A DNA stretch of 64,000 nucleotides, taken from a virus. This document shows positions 1 through 9,381 of the stretch, piece after piece (positions within the stretch are counted from its first letter, which is position 1; every line of letters begins with the position of its first letter). The position numbers and the translations under genes are program-made. Under the pieces are notes generated by a model. That model was not told the DNA's origin and did not search any database. It worked only from the letters and a program-made list of their open reading frames with translations. The stretch lies in IMG/VR virus record IMGVR_UViG_3300025168_000034, positions 1 through 64,000 of that record. One strand, 5' to 3'.

Positions 1-39
1 CAAAGGCTATTATTATTAAAAGTGGGGTTTTATCATTCA

Positions 40-282
40 TCATCTTTGGTTTGGTTTAAGTTCTTCTTCAATTATCTTTACCATTTCATCAAATGTAACT
101 CCTTCTTCGTCTGCTCGTTGTTGTATGAATTTTGCTGGTAGATGTATATAATTTGCTTGACCTAATTTTTTCTTGTGAATTTCGTTAGCTGCTTTTAGTA
201 ACCTGCTGTTTAATTCCATATCTTCTTCTTTACTCATCTTTGTTTTGCTCCGTGTTGTCATTCGAGTTACGTTTAAGTGCAT
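40..282 (-). CDS. hypothetical phage protein (start may be an internal Met)
   Basis: ORF in the co-oriented minus-strand gene train; no recognisable motif. Confidence 0.55.
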   Translation of the reverse strand: MHLNVTRMTTRSKTKMSKEEDMELNSRLLKAANEIHKKKLGQANYIHLPAKFIQQRADEEGVTFDEMVKIIEEELKPNQR

Positions 283-415
283 GCAACTCTTGATTGTTAA
301 ATAATGTTAAAAAGGTCCAGAATACGAGTTCATGTAACTCTTCCGGTTGCATTACATAGTTGTACAAAGTCATTCCCATGCACCCCAACACTAATAAGGT
401 ATAAAATATTTTCAT
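230..415 (-). CDS. small predicted membrane protein
   Basis: hydrophobic N-terminus MKIFYTLLVLGCMGMTLY. Confidence 0.5.
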   Translation of the reverse strand: MKIFYTLLVLGCMGMTLYNYVMQPEELHELVFWTFLTLFNNQELHALKRNSNDNTEQNKDE

Positions 416-431
416 TTGCTCTTTCTTTTAG

Positions 432-617
432 TTACCATTCAAAATTCTTAGATTTCTTCGGCGGTGGGAATCTTCCCCAATTACCGTGACCATCATAATC
501 CATACTATCATCTACCTTAATCTTGTACTCCTTTTGCTCTTCCTTTACGCTAAACATAATAGAGAAGACATAGGTACAAAATATAATGAAGCCAATTATA
601 AACATAATCATATCCAT
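432..617 (-). CDS. small single-TM membrane protein
   Basis: N-terminal hydrophobic helix followed by a charged tail (DYDGHGNWGRFPP). Confidence 0.65.
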   Translation of the reverse strand: MDMIMFIIGFIIFCTYVFSIMFSVKEEQKEYKIKVDDSMDYDGHGNWGRFPPPKKSKNFEW

Positions 618-620
618 TAA

Positions 621-839
621 CTATCTTCTTTGTTTTAGTTTAATGTCATGCAACATGTCTATTCTTTCCACTGCATCAACTAGATTCCTCAACGCCTCCT
701 CTGCATTGTTATAGAAGTCTTGTGTCGAATGATCCCCAATGCCGGCTGGGTGATCTGATAGTAAGTTTAATGTTAGCTCTGCCTTTGACTTGTCTGCCTT
801 AGCAGAGTCCATCAACATATTCCATAATTCAATCTTCAT
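621..839 (-). CDS. conserved hypothetical phage protein
   Basis: HPAGIGDHS motif resembles a small protein family common in large aquatic myoviruses (from recall). Confidence 0.65.
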   Translation of the reverse strand: MKIELWNMLMDSAKADKSKAELTLNLLSDHPAGIGDHSTQDFYNNAEEALRNLVDAVERIDMLHDIKLKQRR

Positions 840-932
840 CGTCTAGTGTGTTTGCGTATAGGATAGTTACTCCTATCATTATTATTATTGCTATTACCCA
901 ACTTGCTTTTGCTAGTTCCATGTTACCTTTTG

Positions 933-1184
933 TTACTTGACCCAATCGTTGTATGCGTGTATGTACGCGTCTACGATTGACATTTCCCTGCCACCATTTT
1001 CAATTTCCTGCGCGACGGATCTTATGACCTCCTCTCGTAAACCATGCGCGTCGGCTTGTTGGAGGATCTCTTCGATTGCCTCCAAGTTGGATTGTTTTCT
1101 AACTTTTTTGATTTTGTCGTACAAGGGTTTGTTGACATTGTCCCATGCATCCATCCAGTCCCATTCTCTTCCGCTATTGATCAT
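933..1184 (-). CDS. hypothetical protein
   Basis: minus-strand ORF in gene train. Confidence 0.6.
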   Translation of the reverse strand: MINSGREWDWMDAWDNVNKPLYDKIKKVRKQSNLEAIEEILQQADAHGLREEVIRSVAQEIENGGREMSIVDAYIHAYNDWVK

Positions 1185-1353
1185 CTTAATTGTTTTTCTA
1201 TAAAGTAAATCATACCAATAAGAGTCGCATTACAGCCAGTCATATATTGGCTAGCTTCACCATCGTTTGAATCAATGCATTGATGATTTTCTTTTAGCTG
1301 ACGTTTTAACTCCTGGAGTATTAGTTTGTGTTTCTTAATCTTTTTCTTCTCAC

Positions 1354-1644
1354 TCATCTTTGTCCTTTTTTAGTTAGCCATGTTAGGGATCGTAACATCT
1401 GTGTTGGTATCTCTATTATCTGTCCAGCACAATCATTATACTTTCCCCAGTTCAATCCTTTCCTCTTGCTATGGTTCTTTGTTACTTCAAAGTATCCCCA
1501 CTTGTCATCATAACCCAAGAAGCGAGCTCTGAATGTTGGTGAGATGTTTGTTGCAGCTCTCTTGCCAATCATTGTGTCTAAGTCTTGCACTACATCTACT
1601 CTAGGTGTATTGCGTCTTCTTTGGTCTGGATAACAATTACTCAT
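1354..1644 (-). CDS. hypothetical protein
   Basis: minus-strand ORF overlapping its neighbours by a few nt. Confidence 0.6.
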   Translation of the reverse strand: MSNCYPDQRRRNTPRVDVVQDLDTMIGKRAATNISPTFRARFLGYDDKWGYFEVTKNHSKRKGLNWGKYNDCAGQIIEIPTQMLRSLTWLTKKGQR

Positions 1645-1897
1645 AGTTTACTTGTTTTAAGCTCTTTGCCCATATTGCTCTAGCTATTCTGAAGTCTGAC
1701 AATACTCCTAGCTTCAAGTTATATTCCTTAGCAATCTGACTCAACGCTGGTGCTGCTTCTGATAGTTTAGTAGCTTGCTCGTATGCTGCAGGTGAAGGTA
1801 GTCCACTATACTCACAACGATTCAACTCTTCCATTGCTTTACCAAACGCCATATCAAATGCGTGGTCTTCCATGTCTTCTAGTTCTTCACTGCTCAT
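1637..1897 (-). CDS. hypothetical protein
   Basis: minus-strand ORF; CEYSGLPSP motif. Confidence 0.6.
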   Translation of the reverse strand: MSSEELEDMEDHAFDMAFGKAMEELNRCEYSGLPSPAAYEQATKLSEAAPALSQIAKEYNLKLGVLSDFRIARAIWAKSLKQVNYE

Positions 1898-2192
1898 ATG
1901 TTGTGTCTGTTAAACTCATCTCTGCTAAATACGATCCGAGTATTTGATTGTCTTCTGTTAGAAAATCAATCTCTTTATTAATTGTAACAAGTCTATCCAT
2001 TACCTCTTGCCGCTCATCTTCCAATAGTTTGACGTACTGCTCTAGCTCTTGTATGTATTCATTCTTTGCGTTAGCTAGTACTTTTGAGTATTGTATTAAT
2101 CCAATACATCCTACCACAACAACAATCATCAAACCATGTCTCCACACGAAGCTCTTGAAGTCATTCCAATATAACTCTTTCCACTTTCTCAT
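1887..2192 (-). CDS. membrane-anchored coiled-coil protein
   Basis: TM segment GLMIVVVVGCIGLI followed by a heptad-rich helix. Confidence 0.65.
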   Translation of the reverse strand: MRKWKELYWNDFKSFVWRHGLMIVVVVGCIGLIQYSKVLANAKNEYIQELEQYVKLLEDERQEVMDRLVTINKEIDFLTEDNQILGSYLAEMSLTDTTYEQ

Positions 2193-2488
2193 AGCAATCC
2201 TCCTTCATACAATGCTACTGCCACAAATGACGTTACAATTGCTCCAATAAACATTCCTATGAAAATTCCTCGTAAGAAAAATTTTTGGTGTGAATCTCCT
2301 AACGAACCTTGCTCCTCGTCATGCTTTTCAATTGCGAGTTCTACTAGACGTATGAGTGTATCCTTTCGCAATCTTCTGTCCAACTCTACTCCATACTTTC
2401 TAGCAAGGATTTCTAATTCTCTTTTACTCAACTTTGAGTAGTCTTTAATTACTGGTGCTTTCATGTTATTTGTTTTTACGTTTTTCAT
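2189..2488 (-). CDS. Rho-N/HeH-like helical domain protein with C-terminal TM
   Basis: YSKLSKRELEILARKYGVELDRRLRKDTLI resembles a Rho N-terminal/HeH motif; hydrophobic C-terminus. Confidence 0.5.
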   Translation of the reverse strand: MKNVKTNNMKAPVIKDYSKLSKRELEILARKYGVELDRRLRKDTLIRLVELAIEKHDEEQGSLGDSHQKFFLRGIFIGMFIGAIVTSFVAVALYEGGLL

Positions 2489-2616
2489 ATGCCTTAATGG
2501 AAAGTCCTAGTATTAAGACACCCAGCATTGATAATAAAATAATTGTACTAATTGTATTCATATTAACTTATTTAGTGGAGGAGGACTTATCACCACTCTG
2601 GTTGCCTCCTTGTTGT

Positions 2617-4755
2617 TTACTTATTCATTAACTCTTTGTTCAAGTGAGTAGCAATCGCAGCTGCATTACTAGCATCTGGAAGAGCTTTACTCTGCTTCAC
2701 TCCGTACATCTCTTTGAATTGAAAGAATCCATTTCTATCAGGATCTCCAAAGAAGAAACCTACATGTTTGATTCCCAACTCATTGTTGATTCTCTTTACT
2801 TGTTTCTTAGTATGGTAGCGAGCGTTATATCCTCCGTAGTTACCACACCCTGGAGCTCCATCACAGATATTGATTAAGTAGCTATCACACTCTTCGTTAG
2901 AAGGAATTAGTAAGTTCTTCTTGATCATAGCTTCTAAACATAATCCCTCTGGAGTCATTGAGTTACAATCGTAGATGTTAAGTAGGTTAGTTAAGTGACC
3001 TAGTCTGTTAGTTCTACTATCGTAAATGATAGAGACAACTGGAGTATCATTCTGATCAGTTTCTCTCATACTCACTTGAAGCTCTAATCCATCAATCATG
3101 CTAACTGCTTTTCCAATTGCAGCAGCCATCTTGATTGAGTTTTTCCATCTCTCACCTCCCATAGATCCAGATGCATCTATCGTTAAGTGAATGTTAGCTT
3201 TCTTGTACTTCTCAATATGAATCTGACTAAAGATATTCTCGATACCATAACCAGCATGAGCAAGTCTCTTGTTATCAATTCTTCCACTTCTTAGTCTAGT
3301 AGTCTCTAACGATCTTGACTCTCTACGAGTAAGAAGTTTTCTTCCAAGCATAGCTCCTAACTGAAGACCTTCGTTTACTTGAGTCTCATTCAGCTTAGTT
3401 CCTTGACGTGAACCATAACTTAATCTATTCAATCCAGCTGGACCTTCATAGGCGCTAATTACTTTCTGAGCATCTGACTGCTCTTTAGTAATCTTATCAC
3501 TGTAGGAGCTTTTGAACTCATCTTTAACTCTAAGCTCTGCAAGAAACTCATTAGCTATTGTAACAGTAGCCAACTTAGCAGTCTCTTTGTCTAATCTGTA
3601 AATCAAACAATCAGTCTTCTGATTACCATCTCCAACTGGAACAAAGTCTACTTCTGAATCTTGTAGTTGAATGATCTTCTTAGAAACACTCTTAGCGATC
3701 TGTTTCTTGTTAGTCTGCTGATTCACTTGTTGTTTAGCTTCTTCAAGAGCTTTCTGAACCTTAGCTTCTTCTTGAGGAGTTAGATCTTGCATTTCTGGAC
3801 CTTCATTTCCTTCCTCATCATCAGTACCACCCTCTGCTCCAGGAGCTTCTTCATCACCTTCAGATCCTTCACTCTCAGTCTCTTCCTCTTCCTCTTCTTC
3901 TTCTTCGTCAGAAGAATCTGGACCTGGACCTGATTGAGTGTCTTGCTCTTCTTGCTCTTCGTTATTCTCACCTGCTCCTGACTGCTCTTCCTCTTCTTGA
4001 CTCTGTGCCTCTTCGATAATTTCGTTAATCCTAGCGACAACTTTCTTAGCAAGCTCTAAAGCAGCTTCAGTGTCTTTCAAACGACTAATGTTATTAACAT
4101 CAATCAACTTCGTTATCTCAGTAAGACCGACAATTCTTCTAGAATCATAAGCTGGATTCATCATGTTGATAATGTGAGCGAAGAAGTTCTCCATAGTAGG
4201 AGTACAATACTTAGGACTCTTTAACATCTTAGCAATGTCTTTGTTTCTAAAGTAGTGATCATACATCTTATGATAATAGCCTTTGTAACCTGGACAATTC
4301 TTAAAGACGATAGTATCAATCCTACGATCTTCAATCCAGTTTAACATATCTTTGATCTCCATTTTATCTCCGTGGCTACCTTCATAGTTACTTATGAAGT
4401 CTGTAAGCACTTCTTTCTGAGTATGTTTAAGGTGACTAGCTTCGTGAAGAGCTAGACCAGCAGTAACATCGAAGTTCTTATCGTTGATGTTACCAGCAAT
4501 AGTTACATGGTTAAAGTCTGTGTAAGACTCAGTACCTTTAAAGTAAACTGGAACATCTTTTTGAGATAGAATCTTTACGAAGTTACCAATAGCTTTCTGA
4601 TAGTTGCGAAGCTTAATAGCTTTTACAACACTACTAGCCTGACTCCTACCATCGAGAGTAACATTAGCAGCTCCTCTGTCAAGCCAGAAGCCTGCATAGC
4701 TGTGATCTTTTTCGACCTTTGCTTTTCTTTTCTTGTTGTTAAATATAATTGCCAT
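2617..4755 (-). CDS. CobT-like protein: N-terminal HExxH metallopeptidase-like domain, acidic linker, C-terminal vWA domain
   Basis: LALHEASH and NWIEDRRID motifs; Glu-rich linker; vWA MIDAS motif IDASGSM; TPEG and ICDGAP. Confidence 0.85.
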   Translation of the reverse strand: MAIIFNNKKRKAKVEKDHSYAGFWLDRGAANVTLDGRSQASSVVKAIKLRNYQKAIGNFVKILSQKDVPVYFKGTESYTDFNHVTIAGNINDKNFDVTAGLALHEASHLKHTQKEVLTDFISNYEGSHGDKMEIKDMLNWIEDRRIDTIVFKNCPGYKGYYHKMYDHYFRNKDIAKMLKSPKYCTPTMENFFAHIINMMNPAYDSRRIVGLTEITKLIDVNNISRLKDTEAALELAKKVVARINEIIEEAQSQEEEEQSGAGENNEEQEEQDTQSGPGPDSSDEEEEEEEEETESEGSEGDEEAPGAEGGTDDEEGNEGPEMQDLTPQEEAKVQKALEEAKQQVNQQTNKKQIAKSVSKKIIQLQDSEVDFVPVGDGNQKTDCLIYRLDKETAKLATVTIANEFLAELRVKDEFKSSYSDKITKEQSDAQKVISAYEGPAGLNRLSYGSRQGTKLNETQVNEGLQLGAMLGRKLLTRRESRSLETTRLRSGRIDNKRLAHAGYGIENIFSQIHIEKYKKANIHLTIDASGSMGGERWKNSIKMAAAIGKAVSMIDGLELQVSMRETDQNDTPVVSIIYDSRTNRLGHLTNLLNIYDCNSMTPEGLCLEAMIKKNLLIPSNEECDSYLINICDGAPGCGNYGGYNARYHTKKQVKRINNELGIKHVGFFFGDPDRNGFFQFKEMYGVKQSKALPDASNAAAIATHLNKELMNK

Positions 4756-4789
4756 ATTGTGATTATTTGTTAGTGTTAATTATCTCTCT

Positions 4790-4830
4790 CTTTACATAGT
4801 AAAGAACACCCTTTTTTATCGTCTTTGCAA
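4790..4830 (-). promoter_or_regulatory. promoter-like site with CTTTAC-N3-GTAAAG palindrome (class A)
   Basis: minus strand TTG-N20-GTTCTTTA overlapping the palindrome at 4790-4804; the same arrangement recurs at 14913, 54662 and 55096. Confidence 0.7.
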
Positions 4831-4842
4831 CAGTTTGTCCAA

Positions 4843-5055
4843 TTATTTTTCTCTAATTTTATCAATTAATTGAAAAAAACCTATACCAGCTAATGTAGCA
4901 ATGACAAGATAACCAAATGCAATGTGTGGATAAATCATTATCATATGCAATGACCACACTAATACCTTTATCGCAAAACTAACTAATACCATGGAAGCAA
5001 CAATCATAGTAACCCACATGCAACAGTTCTTAAAAAATTCTATATGCTTTTTCAT
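4843..5055 (-). CDS. small two-TM membrane protein
   Basis: two hydrophobic segments. Confidence 0.6.
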   Translation of the reverse strand: MKKHIEFFKNCCMWVTMIVASMVLVSFAIKVLVWSLHMIMIYPHIAFGYLVIATLAGIGFFQLIDKIREK

Positions 5056-5060
5056 TTTCT

Positions 5061-5249
5061 TTACTCTTTAATTAAAATCCATAACGTACCTACTCCCATT
5101 ATGACTAGAAACAAAGCCACTGGGATCCATAGTGGTGAAGTAACCCACCACCATGACCAATCAATATTATCTGTTAGCTTGAGGGTCAGAAACACTAAGA
5201 ATAGTGCTTCTGCTATACCAATACCTCCGTAGTTGTTTTTCTTTTCCAT
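5061..5249 (-). CDS. small membrane protein (phage transmembrane Fragile-X-F-like family)
   Basis: FLTLKLTDNIDWSWWWVTSPLW signature. Confidence 0.7.
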   Translation of the reverse strand: MEKKNNYGGIGIAEALFLVFLTLKLTDNIDWSWWWVTSPLWIPVALFLVIMGVGTLWILIKE

Positions 5250-5668
5250 TATTTTAATCCGATTAGTTCTTGTTCTAACTCTAACTCCATGTCTTCTGCC
5301 ATCTCTTTCAATCGATAGCTAGCTGCATTTTCAAGCTCGTTAATAACTTCTGCATCAACATCCTTCATTGGATATCCCATTCCGAATCCATAACAAGTAA
5401 CATACTGTTGAATGCTTCTCAACTCTTCAGTTTGGACATCTGTGTATTCTCTTTCTAAGAAAGGCTCAATCTCGTAGCCATGCTCTTCAGCTTCGATCTC
5501 ACAAGTATTCTCATCATATTCGAGCTTGGCTTGTTCCATTGCCTCATTCCACTTCTTGAGTATCTGAGTCTTAATATCTTCACCAACCTTCTCATTGTGA
5601 GCATACATCTCTTTGCTCCATGGTTTTGTGATCTCGATTCCGTACTTAACTTCTTTTGCTTTTTTCAT
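5249..5668 (-). CDS. hypothetical acidic protein
   Basis: ORF downstream of the promoter-like site at 5715-5754. Confidence 0.65.
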   Translation of the reverse strand: MKKAKEVKYGIEITKPWSKEMYAHNEKVGEDIKTQILKKWNEAMEQAKLEYDENTCEIEAEEHGYEIEPFLEREYTDVQTEELRSIQQYVTCYGFGMGYPMKDVDAEVINELENAASYRLKEMAEDMELELEQELIGLK

Positions 5669-5714
5669 AACTTTGATTTTACTAGTGAAGATCTTAGAGC
5701 TCCCTGCCCCTGCA

Positions 5715-5754
5715 TCTCTATACTAAAGACCACCCTTTTTTTCCAGACTAGCAA
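5715..5754 (-). promoter_or_regulatory. class A promoter-like site (degenerate palindrome)
   Basis: TTG-N20-GGTCTTTA; imperfect palindrome TCTTTA-GTA-TAGAGA; AT-rich upstream tract. Confidence 0.55.
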
Positions 5755-5901
5755 CAGTTTAGTAAAAAAAATAAAAAAAATTACATCACATTCTTTTGGA
5801 ATCTAGCTCTCTTCGGCTTTCTATTCTTTTGTGGTCTTCTTTCATCTTTGGTCTTAATACCCATCGATCTTCTCCAATCCTGGAGGCATTGTAATCTTGC
5901 T

Positions 5902-6387
5902 TTAGCGCTCATTTTGCTCATTATTTATTTGTTTTTGTTTTGTAAGTCGTTTGTATTTGTATAGCATCAATCCGTGAAATAATACTAAACACGCTATTGC
6001 TAAGATCTCAGCGAATAACATATCATAAAACACAAGTATCGTGCAAGCAAGATAAGGTTTTAAGATCCACTTAAAGTGGTTGGTTGTTGTTAATGGCACA
6101 ACACACGCTAGGAAGAAACATACAGCCATCCAGTTGTGAATTGCTAAATAATCTTCAACAGAAAAGCCTATTAGCAACACTAAGAATGCTGCAGGGATTT
6201 TCCATTTCTCCGAATCAAATAGATAATAAGCTGTTATGATATTTGATAGTATAAATAGTGGTTGGAGTGGTGTGTTCCAGTATTCTGAATACGAATGTTC
6301 CCAACCATAAGTAGCTACACACACGAGTGGTGCAACTAGCGCTAATAACAAAGCTGATGTTCTAACAGATAGTTCTCCTTTACTCAT
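5902..6387 (-). CDS. multi-pass membrane protein
   Basis: about 5-6 hydrophobic helices; SYSEYW and IHN motifs. Confidence 0.7.
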   Translation of the reverse strand: MSKGELSVRTSALLLALVAPLVCVATYGWEHSYSEYWNTPLQPLFILSNIITAYYLFDSEKWKIPAAFLVLLIGFSVEDYLAIHNWMAVCFFLACVVPLTTTNHFKWILKPYLACTILVFYDMLFAEILAIACLVLFHGLMLYKYKRLTKQKQINNEQNER

Positions 6388-6389
6388 AG

Positions 6390-6617
6390 TTAAAATGGAA
6401 GTTTAGTCTGTGCTTCATCTTCCTTCTTAACATCCAATAGGTGTTGATACGTATCTGTTGATATTTGTAATTCTACTTGTCTGTGAGCAAAGTATCCTGA
6501 TCTGTCTGGATCTGCTTCTCCCAATGTCCATACGACATCCTCAAAATCTCCTTTCATAAATGCATCAAAGTGACTATCTCTGACTTTGATTGTGATTGAT
6601 TTTATTTCTGGCTTCAT
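6390..6617 (-). CDS. hypothetical protein
   Basis: ORF preceded by a TTG-N20-TATAGTTA site (6632-6662); ends in LPF. Confidence 0.6.
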   Translation of the reverse strand: MKPEIKSITIKVRDSHFDAFMKGDFEDVVWTLGEADPDRSGYFAHRQVELQISTDTYQHLLDVKKEDEAQTKLPF

Positions 6618-6645
6618 AACTTAAATTTATATAACTATACTCTTT

Positions 6646-6906
6646 CTAATCCAGAAAGTCAACAAGCTCATCGTACTTTCCTACCTCAATATATATTGGT
6701 GTTTGATCACCTACATGCGCTCCCCACACATTGTATTCGAGATACTCAATAGCATCTTCGTGAGTCATATCCATATCATAAACTGAAATGGTTATCATCT
6801 TTTGTCTGTCGTATACAAACCTCTGCGAATAAGGCTCTAAGCCAATAATCGCTGCATCGTATCCATCTGGTTTCATCATATCATTTCGTTTTGTACTTTG
6901 TTCCAA
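6646..6906 (-). CDS. conserved hypothetical phage protein (probable start near 6879)
   Basis: DGYDAAIIG...VYD...EDAIEYLEYN..GAHVG..TP pattern common in aquatic phages (from recall). Confidence 0.7.
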   Translation of the reverse strand: MEQSTKRNDMMKPDGYDAAIIGLEPYSQRFVYDRQKMITISVYDMDMTHEDAIEYLEYNVWGAHVGDQTPIYIEVGKYDELVDFLD

Positions 6907-7409
6907 TAACCTTTAGTGGAAGCATAGGTCATTCCTCTAGGTCCTCCATTCCAACATCTAGCTATATCTTCAAGATTATTAAGCTTATAAAATCTAGCAA
7001 AAATTTTGAGCATCTGTATTGATTCTGAACGTGACCATCTATCTTGAAGTTCATAAGTTTTTTTGATTCCTAACCTCTTACAAATACGATTAACTTCTTT
7101 AACCATAATTGGTCGGATCTGTAAACAACCTACAGCATCTTCTGATGCACAATAAGCTGAATCATTATCTCTGCTCTCAACCTGAATCATTGCATAAATC
7201 AAACTATCTATAGATGGTGGTGCAGTAACAATTGTAATTTGATCTACAACTTTTACAGTATCAGGTAATACTTCATCTGTCTTGATTGGATTGGAGTGAT
7301 CATGATTGCAATCTTCATGTTGATTGGGACTACTTTCATGCATTCGACCATACAATGCGATTGCAAAGTAGGAGGTGATTACGATAGGTACTATTACTTT
7401 CATTTTCAT
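6876..7409 (-). CDS. lytic transglycosylase/lysozyme-like protein with N-terminal TM anchor
   Basis: MIQVES catalytic Glu, AVGCLQI and WNGGP motifs of the SLT/lysozyme fold; start set at MKMKVIV. Confidence 0.8.
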   Translation of the reverse strand: MKMKVIVPIVITSYFAIALYGRMHESSPNQHEDCNHDHSNPIKTDEVLPDTVKVVDQITIVTAPPSIDSLIYAMIQVESRDNDSAYCASEDAVGCLQIRPIMVKEVNRICKRLGIKKTYELQDRWSRSESIQMLKIFARFYKLNNLEDIARCWNGGPRGMTYASTKGYWNKVQNEMI

Positions 7410-7420
7410 GTTTTTGTATT

Positions 7421-7771
7421 TTATTTCCAAAAAACCTGCACTGCCATTAAAGCACACGCAAGCACTAAACTAACTAATGTCTTTGTATTTATACCTTCGT
7501 CATTAAACACATACACAAGTGCTGCAAATATTATTACTCCTGTACCAAAGCTGAAAATCCTGCTAGGCCATAGAGCACCATCAAATGCTAAGTATAGGTA
7601 CTTAGTAGCATATAGGTAAAAAAACGAAATAGGAATTGATGGTATGATAATCATAAACCATTCATGCTTCTTGCACCATTCCCAAAAGAACTGACTATTG
7701 AGCTGAAACCATGCTGAAGCTTGTGCTGCTGCCATAAACAGCAATCCAATTATTAGTGATCTAATATCCAT
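7421..7771 (-). CDS. four-TM SMR/DMT-like membrane protein
   Basis: four hydrophobic helices; xxEGINTKTLVSLVL C-terminal pattern typical of the DMT superfamily. Confidence 0.6.
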   Translation of the reverse strand: MDIRSLIIGLLFMAAAQASAWFQLNSQFFWEWCKKHEWFMIIIPSIPISFFYLYATKYLYLAFDGALWPSRIFSFGTGVIIFAALVYVFNDEGINTKTLVSLVLACALMAVQVFWK

Positions 7772-8208
7772 TAACAACCTTCTAAATAAGTTTCTAATAC
7801 ATCTCTCATTTCAAAGAACAGCTCTTTGGCATCTCTGTCTGGATTCTCAAACCATATCTGACAATATTTGCCAATCTCATCCAGTGCCATTGTAGAAGAG
7901 GTTTGCCAAAATAATTCTGCATCTTGACCGCTTTGCAGCATGGTGTCTAAGAACATAAACACCTTTGTATATGGTGAAATAAACTCATCTGCGATTCCAT
8001 CTTTACTATAAGGACCAAATTCATCTAGCTGCTTTACGTTGTCTTCTGGTTCATATATCATCTGCCAAACGTAATCAGCATAGAGTTGATCATTCACAAA
8101 GTGAATTGAATTCAAATCCTGCTGTCCTTTGAAAGCTTTTACGTTTTTGAGAGCTTCAGGAGAAACCCTCTCTGGATACTCCAACCATTCAGTTATATTT
8201 ATTGCCAT
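7771..8208 (-). CDS. hypothetical protein
   Basis: stop/start-coupled ORF. Confidence 0.65.
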   Translation of the reverse strand: MAINITEWLEYPERVSPEALKNVKAFKGQQDLNSIHFVNDQLYADYVWQMIYEPEDNVKQLDEFGPYSKDGIADEFISPYTKVFMFLDTMLQSGQDAELFWQTSSTMALDEIGKYCQIWFENPDRDAKELFFEMRDVLETYLEGC

Positions 8209-8558
8209 TACTTTTTGTATTTATCAAATTCAAATGTTGGATTACTTTGCTCTAATTCAATCTGACGATCTCTTAGTGTGGTTCCTAAATCCTTGTCATT
8301 AGGTGTTGCTTTAATTGTACGACTAATGGTGATAACTCCTGATCTCGTAGGTAACTTAACACCAAATGCAGACTCAACTTCCTTGTCAGATAAAACATCT
8401 GCACTCACCACACTTCCTGGTTCTAATTGATTGTAGGGTGATTCTTTTATTACATAGAAGAGACGAACATCTCCATTTGTAAATCCGGTAGGAATAAATT
8501 TTAATACTTCATCTGTCTGAAGTAGATTGTAGATTGTTGCTGTGCTTAACTTGTCCAT
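8208..8558 (-). CDS. hypothetical protein
   Basis: ORF after promoter-like site; PNDKDLG motif. Confidence 0.65.
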   Translation of the reverse strand: MDKLSTATIYNLLQTDEVLKFIPTGFTNGDVRLFYVIKESPYNQLEPGSVVSADVLSDKEVESAFGVKLPTRSGVITISRTIKATPNDKDLGTTLRDRQIELEQSNPTFEFDKYKK

Positions 8559-8576
8559 ATGTTTAATTTATTTGAT

Positions 8577-8607
8577 TAAATATACGGACTTTATATCGAT
8601 TTTGCAA
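8577..8607 (-). promoter_or_regulatory. host-RNAP-type promoter (class B, TTG-N20-TATATTTA)
   Basis: TTGCAAAATCGATATAAAGTCCG-TATATTTA; resembles Bacteroidota -33/-7 (TTG...TAnnTTTG) and also fits TTGnnn-N17-TATAnT. Confidence 0.7.
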
Positions 8608-8608
8608 C

Positions 8609-9139
8609 TTATGCCTTAACTGTTTTTATTATAATGTCAGGGTATTTGTCTTGAAGCTTGGCGACTGCATCTACATTCTTCTGTGAATCATCAATAAAGA
8701 ATATCTTGTTGTATCCTTTCTTGATTTCATTTTCAATGTATTGAGCTTTTTTTTGCGGGTTAGCATCGCCTACTGGTATTATGTATGGATCAATGTTGTG
8801 CTGTGTCTTGAAGAAGTGTTTCATTGGATATCCTTGTGCACGTGCTGTGAGTATGGTTACTTTGTTTTGTGCATTAGCCATAGCTTTCTTCAACATCTTC
8901 ATGTTACGATCAATAGTCTGTGGATTCTTTAGCATACTGTTAAAGTCTTTGAAATCAAACTTATCTCCAGGATCCTCTTCATAGGTAGCATATTCAGCTG
9001 GATCTAGTTTTAGTTTGGTGCCATCTGATTTTGTCACATATATGAATGCTTCGGATGTAGCTAATGTGTCATCAAAGTCAAATATGACAAGTCGTTTGCC
9101 AAGCTGCTTTTCATTTAGTATTTCTGCTAGTTTGATCAT
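8609..9139 (-). CDS. HAD-superfamily phosphatase with MIKLAEILNE leader
   Basis: motif I FDFDDT, motif II ILTAR, motif III K, motif IV FIDDS. Confidence 0.85.
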   Translation of the reverse strand: MIKLAEILNEKQLGKRLVIFDFDDTLATSEAFIYVTKSDGTKLKLDPAEYATYEEDPGDKFDFKDFNSMLKNPQTIDRNMKMLKKAMANAQNKVTILTARAQGYPMKHFFKTQHNIDPYIIPVGDANPQKKAQYIENEIKKGYNKIFFIDDSQKNVDAVAKLQDKYPDIIIKTVKA

Positions 9140-9381
9140 TTTAATCTAAAAAATTCTTCTGGTTTAACATTGCCGTCAATTAATGGAGAATACTTCCACG
9201 CAATAGACATAGCTTTCTTCAGAGCTGTAAGTTCCTTTTTAACCTTTGGATAGTCAGCTGGGTCACCAATTTTCTTTTTTAGATAGGCATCTTCGAGCCA
9301 TTCATAAGTTGTATTTACTGTACCAAAGTCTTTTGGATTGTAGTTCGTGCTTTCGTTCAATATATCTTTTAATTTAATCAT
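9136..9381 (-). CDS. small leader-bearing protein (MIKLKDILNE)
   Basis: shared leader; ATGA overlaps on both sides. Confidence 0.75.
   Translation of the reverse strand: MIKLKDILNESTNYNPKDFGTVNTTYEWLEDAYLKKKIGDPADYPKVKKELTALKKAMSIAWKYSPLIDGNVKPEEFFRLK

Noticed and set aside
3780-4052. Alternative-frame basic ORF and the (tct/tcc)n low-complexity tract
   Set aside because: By-product of the Glu-rich linker of the vWA gene; not a separate gene or a tandem repeat array.
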